DNA from: Verrucomicrobiaceae bacterium
GTDB taxonomy: Bacteria; Verrucomicrobiota; Verrucomicrobiia; Verrucomicrobiales; Akkermansiaceae
Direction of reading: 5' to 3'
Assembly (NCBI GenBank): GCA_051252135.1
Contig: JBPOGH010000001.1
Coordinates: 625,832 to 689,831, forward strand
DNA: 64,000 bases
Shown: positions 18,216 to 27,770 of the stretch, piece by piece
Layout: every line of letters begins with the position of its first letter
How positions within the stretch are numbered: the first letter of the stretch is position 1
Position numbers and translations under genes: made by a program
Notes under the pieces: model-generated
What the model was told of the DNA's origin: nothing
What the model saw: only the letters and a program-made list of their open reading frames with translations
Database searches by the model: none

Positions 18216-21200
18216 TCACTTTTTCATCACCTCGATCACAATGCCTTCCGGGCGATAAGCCGAGTTCACCACCACCGTAAAACGATCCTTCTCCCCACCA
18301 CCCGTAATCGTCACCTCGGCAGCCCCCTTCTCCGGAAGCTCAATTTCCTTTTCCCCATCAAAAAGATGCATCAAGCGCGTCTCATCGATCTTAAGAACCA
18401 CCGGCCCGTCCCCACCCACTCCAAACCGTGCCACCCCGTAACGATTCAGCCCCCTCCCAACAACCTGCGGCATCTCCCCGGTTGGCAACTCTCCACTCAC
18501 CAAGCTCCCCATTGGCACCCACGAATACCCTGCGAAGCGCTCCGCAAAAATCTTCTCCCCAAGATGACCAATCAAATCCTTGGTTCTCTCGTGCGGCTGC
18601 AAGACCTGCCAATTCCGAATCACCGGCTTCGCTCCCACCTTAAAATCGCCCTCTTTCCCGAGCTCCGAAAGAAAACGCACTAAATCAACAAACTCATCTT
18701 CCCGCAGCGATGCCGTCAGCCCCGGAGGCATCATCGACACCGGACTCACCACCTTCTCTTTCACATCCACCGTCGGAATCCTGATCATCCCGCCCAGCGA
18801 ATCACGTAAGGTAATTTCCTGTTCTCCTTCGCTCACCAACCCTCCCGTAAACGAGTTCCCATCCTTCGTTGTGACCAGGGTCGTATGGTAACCCTCTTTG
18901 ATCTTATCACTCGGAATGAGCATCGAGTTCACCAGATAGTCTACCGGCGCACTTCCTCCGATGCTCACCAAATTGGGCCCCACCAACCCGCCGCTGACCC
19001 CGATCGCATGGCACACCGTGCACTGCAGTTCAGGCCTCCGGTAAATCCGTTCTCCCTTGTGCGGATCACCCTCGGTATTGATACGCTCCACCATCGCCTT
19101 CATCTCTTCAGGCCCCAACTGCTGCGCCATCGGCTTCAGGTCTCCCGCCTTCTCAAAAGCCTGAATCAAATCCTGTGGCGGTCTCCCGCTCGTTCCCGCC
19201 CGCTGCACTCCAAGAACCGCCACTGCTCGAGGTAAACGTTGACCATCAAGAGCCTTGGCCAGCGCGGTCGACGCACCTGCATTCTTCAAAAAGACATCAA
19301 TCAGTCCCCCAAAATCCGCTCCATCCTCGCCTTGAAAAACAATCACCGCACCCTTCGCCGCCCGCCCCGGAGCCAGCATCGCCAGCTCTCTCACCGCCAA
19401 CTCGCGAATCACCGCATTCCCATCCTCCCGAATCACCTCCTCAAAGAGCCCCATCGCCTCCACCCCACCAAAACAACGCAAGCCCTCAGCAGCCTCGCCC
19501 CTCAACCCCGGATCATTCGAGTCATCCAACAACACGCCCTTCAACCTCTCAAAAGAACCAGCCGCCTTCCACAGACCCGCCAAGGTCGCTGCGCTCCCAA
19601 AACTCCCCCGCTTCGCACCATCCAGATAACCAACAATCTTCTCCTTCCCCCCGGCCGGCTCCATCTTCCGGTTCCTCTTCGCCTCAATCAACGCATCCAG
19701 CACTTCCACCCCGCCTCCCGCCAGCTCAAAAAGTCGGCCCAAATCCGCCGGCGTCCCCACTTTGGCAATCGCCGATATCGCCTCACTCCGATCAGCCCCC
19801 GTCAACGCCCCGCTCTCAAGCCCCTCAAAAACACTCGCCAAACTCAGCGGCTTCTCCAGAGCCGAAATCGCAAACAACAGCTGCGTCAATTTCCCCTGAA
19901 AACTCAGCTCGCCCGATTCAAACAAAGGCACCCACTCCTTTTCGTGCTCCCGCACAATCGACCACAGCGCAAAGTCCAGGGTCTCGTCCATCGGTTGATC
20001 CAGCACCCGCAGAGCAGTCGACACCGACACCCCGCTCGGACGCTGCGCCAAACAACTCACCGCCCACAGACGCACCTGCGCGCTCTCATCATCCACCGCC
20101 TCCGCGATCAACCCATCCACTTCCGGAATCTCCTCATGCCGATGATACACCACCCGCATCGCCGCCGCCCGAATCCTCGCATCACTCGACCCCAACAACT
20201 TCCGAATCAACCCAACCTCCGTCACATTCAAGGACTGAAACGTCCACAATGCCTCCAGTAAATCAGCGTCATCATTCTGCTTCCCCGCCCATTCCCGCAG
20301 CGCCGGCAACACATCGCCACCCCGATGCCTCAGCTCCTGCCTCGCAAAGTCCCGCTGTGTTCTCTCCTTCGACGTCAACAATCCCAACAGCGCATCCGTC
20401 TCAGCCTTTCGAATCTCCACCTTTCCGACCAGGCCACGATCCCGAAACGTCACCCGCCATATCCGGCCATGCACATGGTCCCGACGCTCATCCCGGAAGT
20501 CCACCTCCCCGTGCTGAATAATCGGGTTATACCAATCCGCAATGTAAACCGCCCCATCCGGCCCCATCTTCACATCGATCGGACGAAAGGCCCGATGCTC
20601 ACTGCTCAAAAAATCAGCCAGTTGGGTCGACTCATACGAACTCCCTTTCGGAGAAAGCCGATACGCGTTGATCCGGTGCCCCCGAAAATCCGGTGCCACC
20701 ATCACCCCCCGCCACTCCTCCGGTACATGACTCCCCGAAAGAATCTCCAGCCCGCACAACTTCGGCTGACCCGGATTTAATCCCCGAATCACCCGCTTCG
20801 CTCCCGGCGACGTCACCCCCACCGCTCTCGGAAAAATAAAATTGATCCCGTCACCGCCCGCTCCATCCGTCGCAAACGATTGCCCGTAATCATCAAAGAC
20901 CAAACCCCACGGATTCACCAGACCCTTCGAGAGCACCTCGGCCCTCCCCGTCTCAGGACGATAATGCCAAATCCCGCCCCCCATCAAACGACGCACCCCG
21001 TGCGGCGTCTCCAGATGGCTGTGGATATAAATCGACTGCAAAAAATACAACATCCCCCCCGGACCCTGTCGAAAGGTGTGCACCAGGTGATGCGTGTCCT
21101 CGGTTCCAAATCCCGAAAGCACCACCCGCCGCTCATCCGCCACCAGGTCACCATCGGTATCCTTCAGAAACAAAATTTCGGTCGAGTTCGCCACATACAC

Positions 21201-21563
21201 ACCTCCATCCGCAGGCAGCACCGCCGTCGGAATGTGAAGGTCATCTGCAAACACCGTTCGCTTGTCAGCCACCCCGTCGCCATCAGTATCCTCCAACACC
21301 AGAAGCTGATCATTCTCTTCCGCCCCCGGCACGATGTGCGGATAGGTCCCGCTCGAGACCACCCAAAGCCGACCCTCGGCATCCCAGTTCATCTGAACCG
21401 GCTTCGAGATCATCGGATCGGAAGCGAACAAGTTGATCTCCATCCCCTCCGGCAAGTTGAATGCCGCCGCCTGCTTCACCGGATCGGGATCAGGAATATC
21501 ACGCAAGCCATTCTGCGCCTGCGCCCCAATCCCACTCAGTAAAATAAATACTCCAATCTTCAT
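18216..21563 (-). CDS. PVC-type heme-binding CxxCH protein (putative membrane-bound dehydrogenase domain, HEAT repeats, cytochrome c)
   Basis: LFASDP..KPVQMNWDAEGRLWV, LEDTDGDGVAD, FRPIDVKMGPDGAVYIADWY, GRIWR, CTVCH, VGPNL, SMMPPGL. Confidence 0.9.
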   Translation of the reverse strand: MKIGVFILLSGIGAQAQNGLRDIPDPDPVKQAAAFNLPEGMEINLFASDPMISKPVQMNWDAEGRLWVVSSGTYPHIVPGAEENDQLLVLEDTDGDGVADKRTVFADDLHIPTAVLPADGGVYVANSTEILFLKDTDGDLVADERRVVLSGFGTEDTHHLVHTFRQGPGGMLYFLQSIYIHSHLETPHGVRRLMGGGIWHYRPETGRAEVLSKGLVNPWGLVFDDYGQSFATDGAGGDGINFIFPRAVGVTSPGAKRVIRGLNPGQPKLCGLEILSGSHVPEEWRGVMVAPDFRGHRINAYRLSPKGSSYESTQLADFLSSEHRAFRPIDVKMGPDGAVYIADWYNPIIQHGEVDFRDERRDHVHGRIWRVTFRDRGLVGKVEIRKAETDALLGLLTSKERTQRDFARQELRHRGGDVLPALREWAGKQNDDADLLEALWTFQSLNVTEVGLIRKLLGSSDARIRAAAMRVVYHRHEEIPEVDGLIAEAVDDESAQVRLWAVSCLAQRPSGVSVSTALRVLDQPMDETLDFALWSIVREHEKEWVPLFESGELSFQGKLTQLLFAISALEKPLSLASVFEGLESGALTGADRSEAISAIAKVGTPADLGRLFELAGGGVEVLDALIEAKRNRKMEPAGGKEKIVGYLDGAKRGSFGSAATLAGLWKAAGSFERLKGVLLDDSNDPGLRGEAAEGLRCFGGVEAMGLFEEVIREDGNAVIRELAVRELAMLAPGRAAKGAVIVFQGEDGADFGGLIDVFLKNAGASTALAKALDGQRLPRAVAVLGVQRAGTSGRPPQDLIQAFEKAGDLKPMAQQLGPEEMKAMVERINTEGDPHKGERIYRRPELQCTVCHAIGVSGGLVGPNLVSIGGSAPVDYLVNSMLIPSDKIKEGYHTTLVTTKDGNSFTGGLVSEGEQEITLRDSLGGMIRIPTVDVKEKVVSPVSMMPPGLTASLREDEFVDLVRFLSELGKEGDFKVGAKPVIRNWQVLQPHERTKDLIGHLGEKIFAERFAGYSWVPMGSLVSGELPTGEMPQVVGRGLNRYGVARFGVGGDGPVVLKIDETRLMHLFDGEKEIELPEKGAAEVTITGGGEKDRFTVVVNSAYRPEGIVIEVMKK

Positions 21564-22456
21564 TTCGACACCTCCAATGCTTCACGTTTCAACTCCCCAA
21601 TCTCCGCCTCCCGCGACGCGATAATCGCGTCAAACTGATCCAACTCCTTCGCGTTCTGTCCCTGCTCGTGTTTTCGAAACAATCGCAGGTAAGTCTCATT
21701 CGACGGTCGCCATTGATGAAAAAACTTCTCGTTCTTCACCACAATCTTCTCTCTCAACTTCTCCCTCTTCCTTCCATCAACCTCCGGCACCTCCAACCCC
21801 ATCGCCTCAGCCAACTTGGGAGCCACCACCGCATAGCCCTGTTCCGTAAAATGAAGCCCGTTATCCGTCAGCCCCACGCTGCTTCCTCCCATCACCCCAT
21901 AAAGATCCGCAAATCTCACTCCCTCCTTCTCCGCCAGTCCCCGAATCCCATCCCGGTAAATCTCCAGCCTCTTGTTATGCGTCCCCATCTCCGGCATCGG
22001 CGCACCCAAGGTCTCCGCCGGCGGAGGCGATACCAACACCACCTCCCTCGGCCCGGCCGCCTCCTTGATCATCCCAAGCAACCGACCATACCCTTCCACA
22101 AAGCGCCCCACTCCCTCTTCCCCCTCAAAAGCCGCCACTGCTCCGTAGCACACCACCACCACCGTCGGCTTGATCCGCGCCAAATCAGCCCGCAAACGAT
22201 CAAACCCCTCCTGCGGCGGCCCGAAATAGCTCCGCGCATCCCCGTAAACCGTATCCCCGCTCCAGGCCAAATTCCGAAACGTCACCCGCGCCTCACCCGC
22301 CGCCAGCGTCATCGCCGTCTCCACCTGCCCGTACTTCTGCGCCCGCTCCATAAACGTGTTCCCCAAAAGAACCACCCGGTCCCCATCCTGAAACCGCAAC
22401 TCGGAAGCCCCTGCCCACGAGGCCATCGCCAAAAAAATAAACCAAAATCGCCACAT
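21560..22456 (-). CDS. SGNH/GDSL hydrolase-fold protein
   Basis: RVVLLGNTFME (block I), RNLAWSGD (block II), TDNGLHF (block V). Start uncertain (22456 chosen); ATGA overlap with the heme-protein gene. Confidence 0.8.
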   Translation of the reverse strand: MWRFWFIFLAMASWAGASELRFQDGDRVVLLGNTFMERAQKYGQVETAMTLAAGEARVTFRNLAWSGDTVYGDARSYFGPPQEGFDRLRADLARIKPTVVVVCYGAVAAFEGEEGVGRFVEGYGRLLGMIKEAAGPREVVLVSPPPAETLGAPMPEMGTHNKRLEIYRDGIRGLAEKEGVRFADLYGVMGGSSVGLTDNGLHFTEQGYAVVAPKLAEAMGLEVPEVDGRKREKLREKIVVKNEKFFHQWRPSNETYLRLFRKHEQGQNAKELDQFDAIIASREAEIGELKREALEVSK

Positions 22457-22629
22457 CCACCCTTCTCTACGCATCAGCCCCATCATTCTATTCGTAAGAT
22501 TGTTTTCCACACAAAAAGCCCCCAATCTGTCAAGATTCGCCATGAGCGACGGTTAGTTCCCTCGACCGGCCCGGATTCAAGTGTCCTTGCATCCCCGACC
22601 CTCCATCGTATCCTTTCCCATCCCTCTTT

Positions 22630-25482
22630 TTGATGACTCACTCCCGCCAAACGTTCGCCACGCTCCCTATTTGCCTGGTCCTCCTGTGTTCGGTCATCCT
22701 TCCGCAATCCCTCCACGCCCTCATCATTCGTCACGACACCCCCACTCTCGACTACGAGAACTACGGCAAGAACGACCTCTTCAACGCCTCCTCCAATGTT
22801 TATAAGGACGGTAACGCCGAATTCGGCTCGCTCTCCGGTAGCACCGCCATCGACAGCCGCTGGGGAGTTCACGCCCGTCACACCCTACGCTCCGTCAGCG
22901 ATTGGCTCGACGACGGCAATAAAGCCCGCTTCCGCGGCACCAAGTGGAAGGGCGTCTACAGCCAGGGCCTCGGCGGCGTTCTCGTGAACCAAGTCATCCA
23001 CTACGATGACGACTTCACCCGCTTCTCAAACGTCATCGATATCGCCGTCGTCCAGACCAACGCCTCCTGCTCCGCCCAACGCATCGCCCCCCTCTTCGCC
23101 GGATATGACGAAGTCGGCCGCGTCGGCTCCGGCGTCAGTGGTGCCAATAATCGTCGGGATGGCGCTGACAACGATCGAAAAACCGAAGCCCAAAACACCA
23201 GCAATTCCAACCGCTGGTATGAAGTCCGCTGGGGCGGAAAGAACGACATCGACGTCCTCACCGGGAACTCCTTCAACGGCTCTCCCGCCAACGCCATCCT
23301 TCAGGTCGACCTCGACCACCCCACCAACACTTCCTTGAGCCGCTTCGGTGGAAACACCGCCATCGACCTCGAATACGGCTCGATGAATGGCGACTCCGGC
23401 TCTCCTATCTACGTCGATAAAAACGGCCTCGATGCCCAAATCGCCGGCGTCCTCAGCGGCGGCTCCGGGAATCTCTACGGCGACAACGTCGTCTACGTCC
23501 GCATCCGCGCCTTCCGGAACTGGATCACCGACACCGTTCTCGCAAACCCCGATAACCGCACCCTCACTCTCGCTCCCGTTCCCGATCAGATCGTCGACTC
23601 CGGTGCCCTCCTAACTTTCCCCGCCTCCGCCACCGGCTCGGAACTCCCTCCCCAATCAGTCACCTACAGCCTCATCAATCCACCCGCCGGCGCCACCATT
23701 GATCCGGATACCGGAGTCTTCAGCTGGACCCCACCCCTCACCACCCCCGGCGGCCCCCAAACCATCACCATCCAGGCCAAGGAAGATGGCGTCGCTCAAA
23801 ACACCGATACCGTCTCTTTCTTCGCCACCGTCAATGCCGGACAAATCACCGATTTCTGGTCGTGGAACGGCATCGCTCCAGCCTGGTCCAAGCTGGAAGG
23901 TAGCAACTCCTACAATCTCACCGGAAATTTCGTCTACTTGCAGGGAGATCTTCACAACTCCGTCTATCAACAACTCCCCGGCACCATCCCCAAGGACGCC
24001 TGGGTCACGGTCGAAATCAAAGCGGCCGATTTCCATCAAACGTGGACCTCCGGCGGCGAGCTCGAGTTCGGCTTCTTTAACGGCGAGCCCACCCCCGCCA
24101 ATGCCGACGCCTCCTTCCTCTTCTCCTCCATCGCCGATGTTCCCAATTACAATGGCGACGCCCTCGAGAACGGCCTCGGCAATACCGGAGGCAACGTCCT
24201 CTACTCTTTCACCTTCCAGACCACGGATGACATGACCGACCCTTGGTTCACGCTCCGCAAAAACTTCGACGGCGGCCGAATGGCCGTCGATGACGTCAAA
24301 ATCTCCTACGCCTTTGGCGACTCGGATAACGACGGCCTCGATGACAACGCCGAGCGCCTCGCAAACACCGACCCGCTCAACCCCGACTCGGACTTCGATG
24401 GCTACCTCGATGGCTATGAGGCCCTCACTCTCGCCTCCGATCCAGCCGACCCAAGCTCCCCCGGCGGCCCCAACCCCCTCGCCGTCGGCATCAATTTCAT
24501 CTCCCAACGGGGACAGGAAGCAAGCGTCGCCCGCACCCTCCCCGTCAACGCCTACGCCGGTGCACCCGAGGTCGCCCAAACGAACTGGAACCAAACCTCC
24601 GCCCTAAACGCCGTCAGCCTGTCCTCCGGCAACTTGACCGATATCGCCACCCCAAACTCCGGAGTCCTCGTCGATAGCCAAGGCAACCCCACCTCAATCG
24701 GCCTCAGCTTCACGATGAACAACACGTGGAATATAAACAACGAGTCCATCACCCCCTACGGCTCCCTCTACGCTGGCTACCTCGACACCAACGCCAACAA
24801 CAACGCCTCCGTCACCCTCTCCAATATCCCCTACCCGGAATACGATGTTTACGTCTACTTCGGCGCAGGCAGCAGCGGAGCCACCCAGACCATCACCGAT
24901 GGCGCCACAATCTATTCCTTCTCGAATGCCGCCCGCTACATCGACGAACCAGGCGCTTACGTCCTCACCACCGATACCGGCCTCAACCACCCCGCCGCAA
25001 ACTACGCACGCTTCTCCGGAAAAACGTCCTCATCCGTCACCGTCACCTTCCTCCGTGGCAGCGCCAACGGCGGCATCAATGCCATCCAAATCGTCCCCAC
25101 CGGTGATCCCTATGAAAACTGGGCCACCCAGCAAGGCCTCGACCTCAACGGAACCGGCGCCCCCTTGGCTGATGCCGACAACGACGGCTCCAGCAACCTC
25201 CTCGAGTTCGTCCTCCTTTCGAACCCGACCAATCCCTCCGATTCCCCGAGCCCCACCATGACCTTCGGCACCAGTGTATCGGAAATCCTCTTCCTCAAAA
25301 ACGGCAACGCCACCGGTTACACCACTCGCGTCGTCTGGTCAGCGGACCTTCAAAATTGGTCGGAGTCCGGCATCACCCAAAGCGAACAAGTCCTCAACGC
25401 CAACTTCACCAGAGTGAACGCCACCCACCCACGCTCCACCACTCAGCCCCGCTTCTACCGCATCGAAGTCACCGCTCCATGA
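22630..25482 (+). CDS. Secreted multidomain trypsin-like serine protease (protease, Ig-like, Ca-binding TSP3-like repeats, C-terminal domain)
   Basis: Signal peptide; candidate triad VHARH / DIAVV / GDSGSP; PAGATIDPDTGVFSWTP Ig-like motif; DSDNDGLDD and DSDFDGYLDGYE repeats. Confidence 0.75.
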   Translation: MMTHSRQTFATLPICLVLLCSVILPQSLHALIIRHDTPTLDYENYGKNDLFNASSNVYKDGNAEFGSLSGSTAIDSRWGVHARHTLRSVSDWLDDGNKARFRGTKWKGVYSQGLGGVLVNQVIHYDDDFTRFSNVIDIAVVQTNASCSAQRIAPLFAGYDEVGRVGSGVSGANNRRDGADNDRKTEAQNTSNSNRWYEVRWGGKNDIDVLTGNSFNGSPANAILQVDLDHPTNTSLSRFGGNTAIDLEYGSMNGDSGSPIYVDKNGLDAQIAGVLSGGSGNLYGDNVVYVRIRAFRNWITDTVLANPDNRTLTLAPVPDQIVDSGALLTFPASATGSELPPQSVTYSLINPPAGATIDPDTGVFSWTPPLTTPGGPQTITIQAKEDGVAQNTDTVSFFATVNAGQITDFWSWNGIAPAWSKLEGSNSYNLTGNFVYLQGDLHNSVYQQLPGTIPKDAWVTVEIKAADFHQTWTSGGELEFGFFNGEPTPANADASFLFSSIADVPNYNGDALENGLGNTGGNVLYSFTFQTTDDMTDPWFTLRKNFDGGRMAVDDVKISYAFGDSDNDGLDDNAERLANTDPLNPDSDFDGYLDGYEALTLASDPADPSSPGGPNPLAVGINFISQRGQEASVARTLPVNAYAGAPEVAQTNWNQTSALNAVSLSSGNLTDIATPNSGVLVDSQGNPTSIGLSFTMNNTWNINNESITPYGSLYAGYLDTNANNNASVTLSNIPYPEYDVYVYFGAGSSGATQTITDGATIYSFSNAARYIDEPGAYVLTTDTGLNHPAANYARFSGKTSSSVTVTFLRGSANGGINAIQIVPTGDPYENWATQQGLDLNGTGAPLADADNDGSSNLLEFVLLSNPTNPSDSPSPTMTFGTSVSEILFLKNGNATGYTTRVVWSADLQNWSESGITQSEQVLNANFTRVNATHPRSTTQPRFYRIEVTAP

Positions 25483-26594
25483 CCCCCTTCCGGATCATCG
25501 CCGGCACTCTCTGGCTCGTCGCTCTCGTCGCCGCCTACCACCTCGGGAAACAATCCCCTCCGACTCTCCCGCCCACCGTCGGGTCCCCACCTGAAAAGAC
25601 GGTAAAAAACCGCCCCTCCCGGGACTTCCCGTCTCCCACCCTCTCGGACTTCGATCTCTCCCCCGAGCTCCGCAACGATCTCGAAAACCACGACCGCCTC
25701 TGGCTCCTCGCCGACTCCTGGGCTTCGCAAGATCCCGAAAACGCCGTCGCCTCACTCAGTTCCCTCTCCTCCCCCGACCCGCGAAACCCCTTCCTCTTCG
25801 CCGCTCTCTCCCGCTGGGCCACCCTCGATCCCGCCGCCGCCCAGGCATGGCTGGAGAACTACGCCATCCCTTCGGACGTCAGCCGCTTCTACCTCAACGC
25901 CGCCCTCATCCGCGGCCTCGCCCGCCGCGATCCCGACCAAGCCCTCTCCCTCCTTCTCACCCAACCCAAATCCCCCGAGCGCACCGGCTCGCTCGATTTC
26001 ATCCTCGGCGCCTGGGCCCGCCAAAGCACCGCCTCCCTTTTCCAGGCCCTCACCCAATTTCCAAAGAGCGACCCCGCCCTCCGCCTCGCCGCCTTCAAAA
26101 AAGCCCTCACCCACCTCCACCCCGATTCCCTCGCCGAAGCCACCTCCTTCTCCGCCAACCTTCCTCCCGAAGAACAACAAATCTTCCGCCAAGCCCTCGC
26201 CTCCAAATGGGCTCAGCGCGATCCCGAAGCCGCCCTCGCTTGGGCCGCCGATCTCACAGAACCCAACCAGCGCGCCCTCTCCCTCGCCGCCGTCACCACC
26301 CACTGGGCCCGTCACGATCCCCTCGCCGCCTCACAGTGGCTCGATCAAAACCCTGAATCTCCCGCTCTCGATCTCTCCGCCCGCGCCATCGCTTGGTCCA
26401 CCATCGGACTCGATCCCTCACGCGCCTTCGCCCAAATCACCAAGATCCATTCCGACTCCCTCCGCCAACAATCCTTCGAGCAAATCTCCCGCTTCTGGAT
26501 CGCAGCCCAACCCGAAACCGCCCGAAACTTCCTCACCAACGATCAATCCCTCCCCCCAACCCTCCGCGAGTCCCTTCTCTCTTACTTCGAATGA
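25479..26594 (+). CDS. Hypothetical membrane-anchored helical-repeat protein
   Basis: ATG 25479 overlaps the protease stop; N-terminal TM; repeated W-A-x-x-D-P-x-A-A-x-x-W units. Confidence 0.75.
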   Translation: MTPFRIIAGTLWLVALVAAYHLGKQSPPTLPPTVGSPPEKTVKNRPSRDFPSPTLSDFDLSPELRNDLENHDRLWLLADSWASQDPENAVASLSSLSSPDPRNPFLFAALSRWATLDPAAAQAWLENYAIPSDVSRFYLNAALIRGLARRDPDQALSLLLTQPKSPERTGSLDFILGAWARQSTASLFQALTQFPKSDPALRLAAFKKALTHLHPDSLAEATSFSANLPPEEQQIFRQALASKWAQRDPEAALAWAADLTEPNQRALSLAAVTTHWARHDPLAASQWLDQNPESPALDLSARAIAWSTIGLDPSRAFAQITKIHSDSLRQQSFEQISRFWIAAQPETARNFLTNDQSLPPTLRESLLSYFE

Positions 26595-27766
26595 AGCACT
26601 CCCTCACCCTCTTAACCCTCGTTGCCGCCACCTGCTGGCTCGCCTTCCTTTGGGGGCAAAATAACGCGCCCACTCCCCAAACACCCGACGCCGCCCAAAT
26701 ACAAACCGCACCCCAAACCTCCCTCACCACCCACTCCGATCGCGAACGCACCGCAAACCTCCGCGAAACCCTCGCCACCCTCCAAACCCGCGCCGACGTC
26801 CTCGCCGCCCTCGACTCCCTCCAGTTCAACGCCGACAAATCAGAGGAGAATCGCCTCCTCAGCCTCTTCTTCAAGTCCTGGCTCGAGACAAATCCCATCG
26901 ACGCCCTCGCCCAGGTCCGCCGTGTCGAAAGCCTCCGTCACGACACCGCCCGCACCTCACTCGTCTTCCAAAACTGGGCCCTCGAAAACCCCGACGACGC
27001 CCTAAACCTCCTCTCCGCCATCCTCGACGGCCGCCAAACCGATCCCTCCACTTCTCCCCCCTTCCTCGACGGCATCGACCCTCCCGACTTCATCGCCTCC
27101 CTCTTCTCAGGCCTCGCAAAAGCCGATCCCCGACGCACCGCCGCCCTCCTCGAAAAAGTCACCCCCAGCCCTGTCCTCAACCACGGCCTCGACATCCTCA
27201 CCCAGCAATGGTTCGCCACCAACCCCCAACAAGTCTTCGCCTGGTCGGCCTCCATCGCCGCCCCCTCCCTCCGCCAGGCCGCCCTCACCCGCGCCGCCAC
27301 CAAAGCCGGACAACTTGACAACCCCACCCCCGGAATCACCTGGGCCCAATCCCTCGACTCCCCCCAAGACCAACAACACGCCCTCGCCGCCCTCACCAAC
27401 CAATGGGCCTCCCGCCGCGCCCGTGACGCCTTCGCTTGGACAGACTCCCTTTCCGACGAATCCCTCAAGCTCACCCTCATGCCCGCCGTCCTCACCTCCC
27501 TCACTCAAGTCGATCCCGGAGCGAGCGCTGACTGGTTAAACCAATACGAGGCCTCCCCCGCCATCGATCCCTCCGTCGCCGCCTACGCCCTCGGCATCGC
27601 TCACGTAAATCCACAGGCCGCCCTCGGCAGCGCCGCCGTCATCACCGACCTTCGGGAACGCAACCGCGTCCTCGGAAAGATCGTCCTACAGTGGCGCTCC
27701 ACCCACCCCGATTCAGCCGAAGCCTACCTCAAGGCACACCCCGGACTCTTCGAATCCCAAAAGTAG
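26591..27766 (+). CDS. Hypothetical membrane-anchored helical-repeat protein (paralog-like)
   Basis: ATG 26591 overlaps the upstream stop; N-terminal TM; WxxxNP/DP repeats as in the preceding gene. Confidence 0.75.
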   Translation: MKHSLTLLTLVAATCWLAFLWGQNNAPTPQTPDAAQIQTAPQTSLTTHSDRERTANLRETLATLQTRADVLAALDSLQFNADKSEENRLLSLFFKSWLETNPIDALAQVRRVESLRHDTARTSLVFQNWALENPDDALNLLSAILDGRQTDPSTSPPFLDGIDPPDFIASLFSGLAKADPRRTAALLEKVTPSPVLNHGLDILTQQWFATNPQQVFAWSASIAAPSLRQAALTRAATKAGQLDNPTPGITWAQSLDSPQDQQHALAALTNQWASRRARDAFAWTDSLSDESLKLTLMPAVLTSLTQVDPGASADWLNQYEASPAIDPSVAAYALGIAHVNPQAALGSAAVITDLRERNRVLGKIVLQWRSTHPDSAEAYLKAHPGLFESQK

Positions 27767-27770
27767 CCAA

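Noticed and set aside
19175..20521. Long Pro/Ser/His-rich + strand ORFs here and elsewhere (e.g. 44324-46156, 9025-10119)
   Set aside because: Shadow frames opposite well-supported genes; codon bias and C-skew deplete stop codons.
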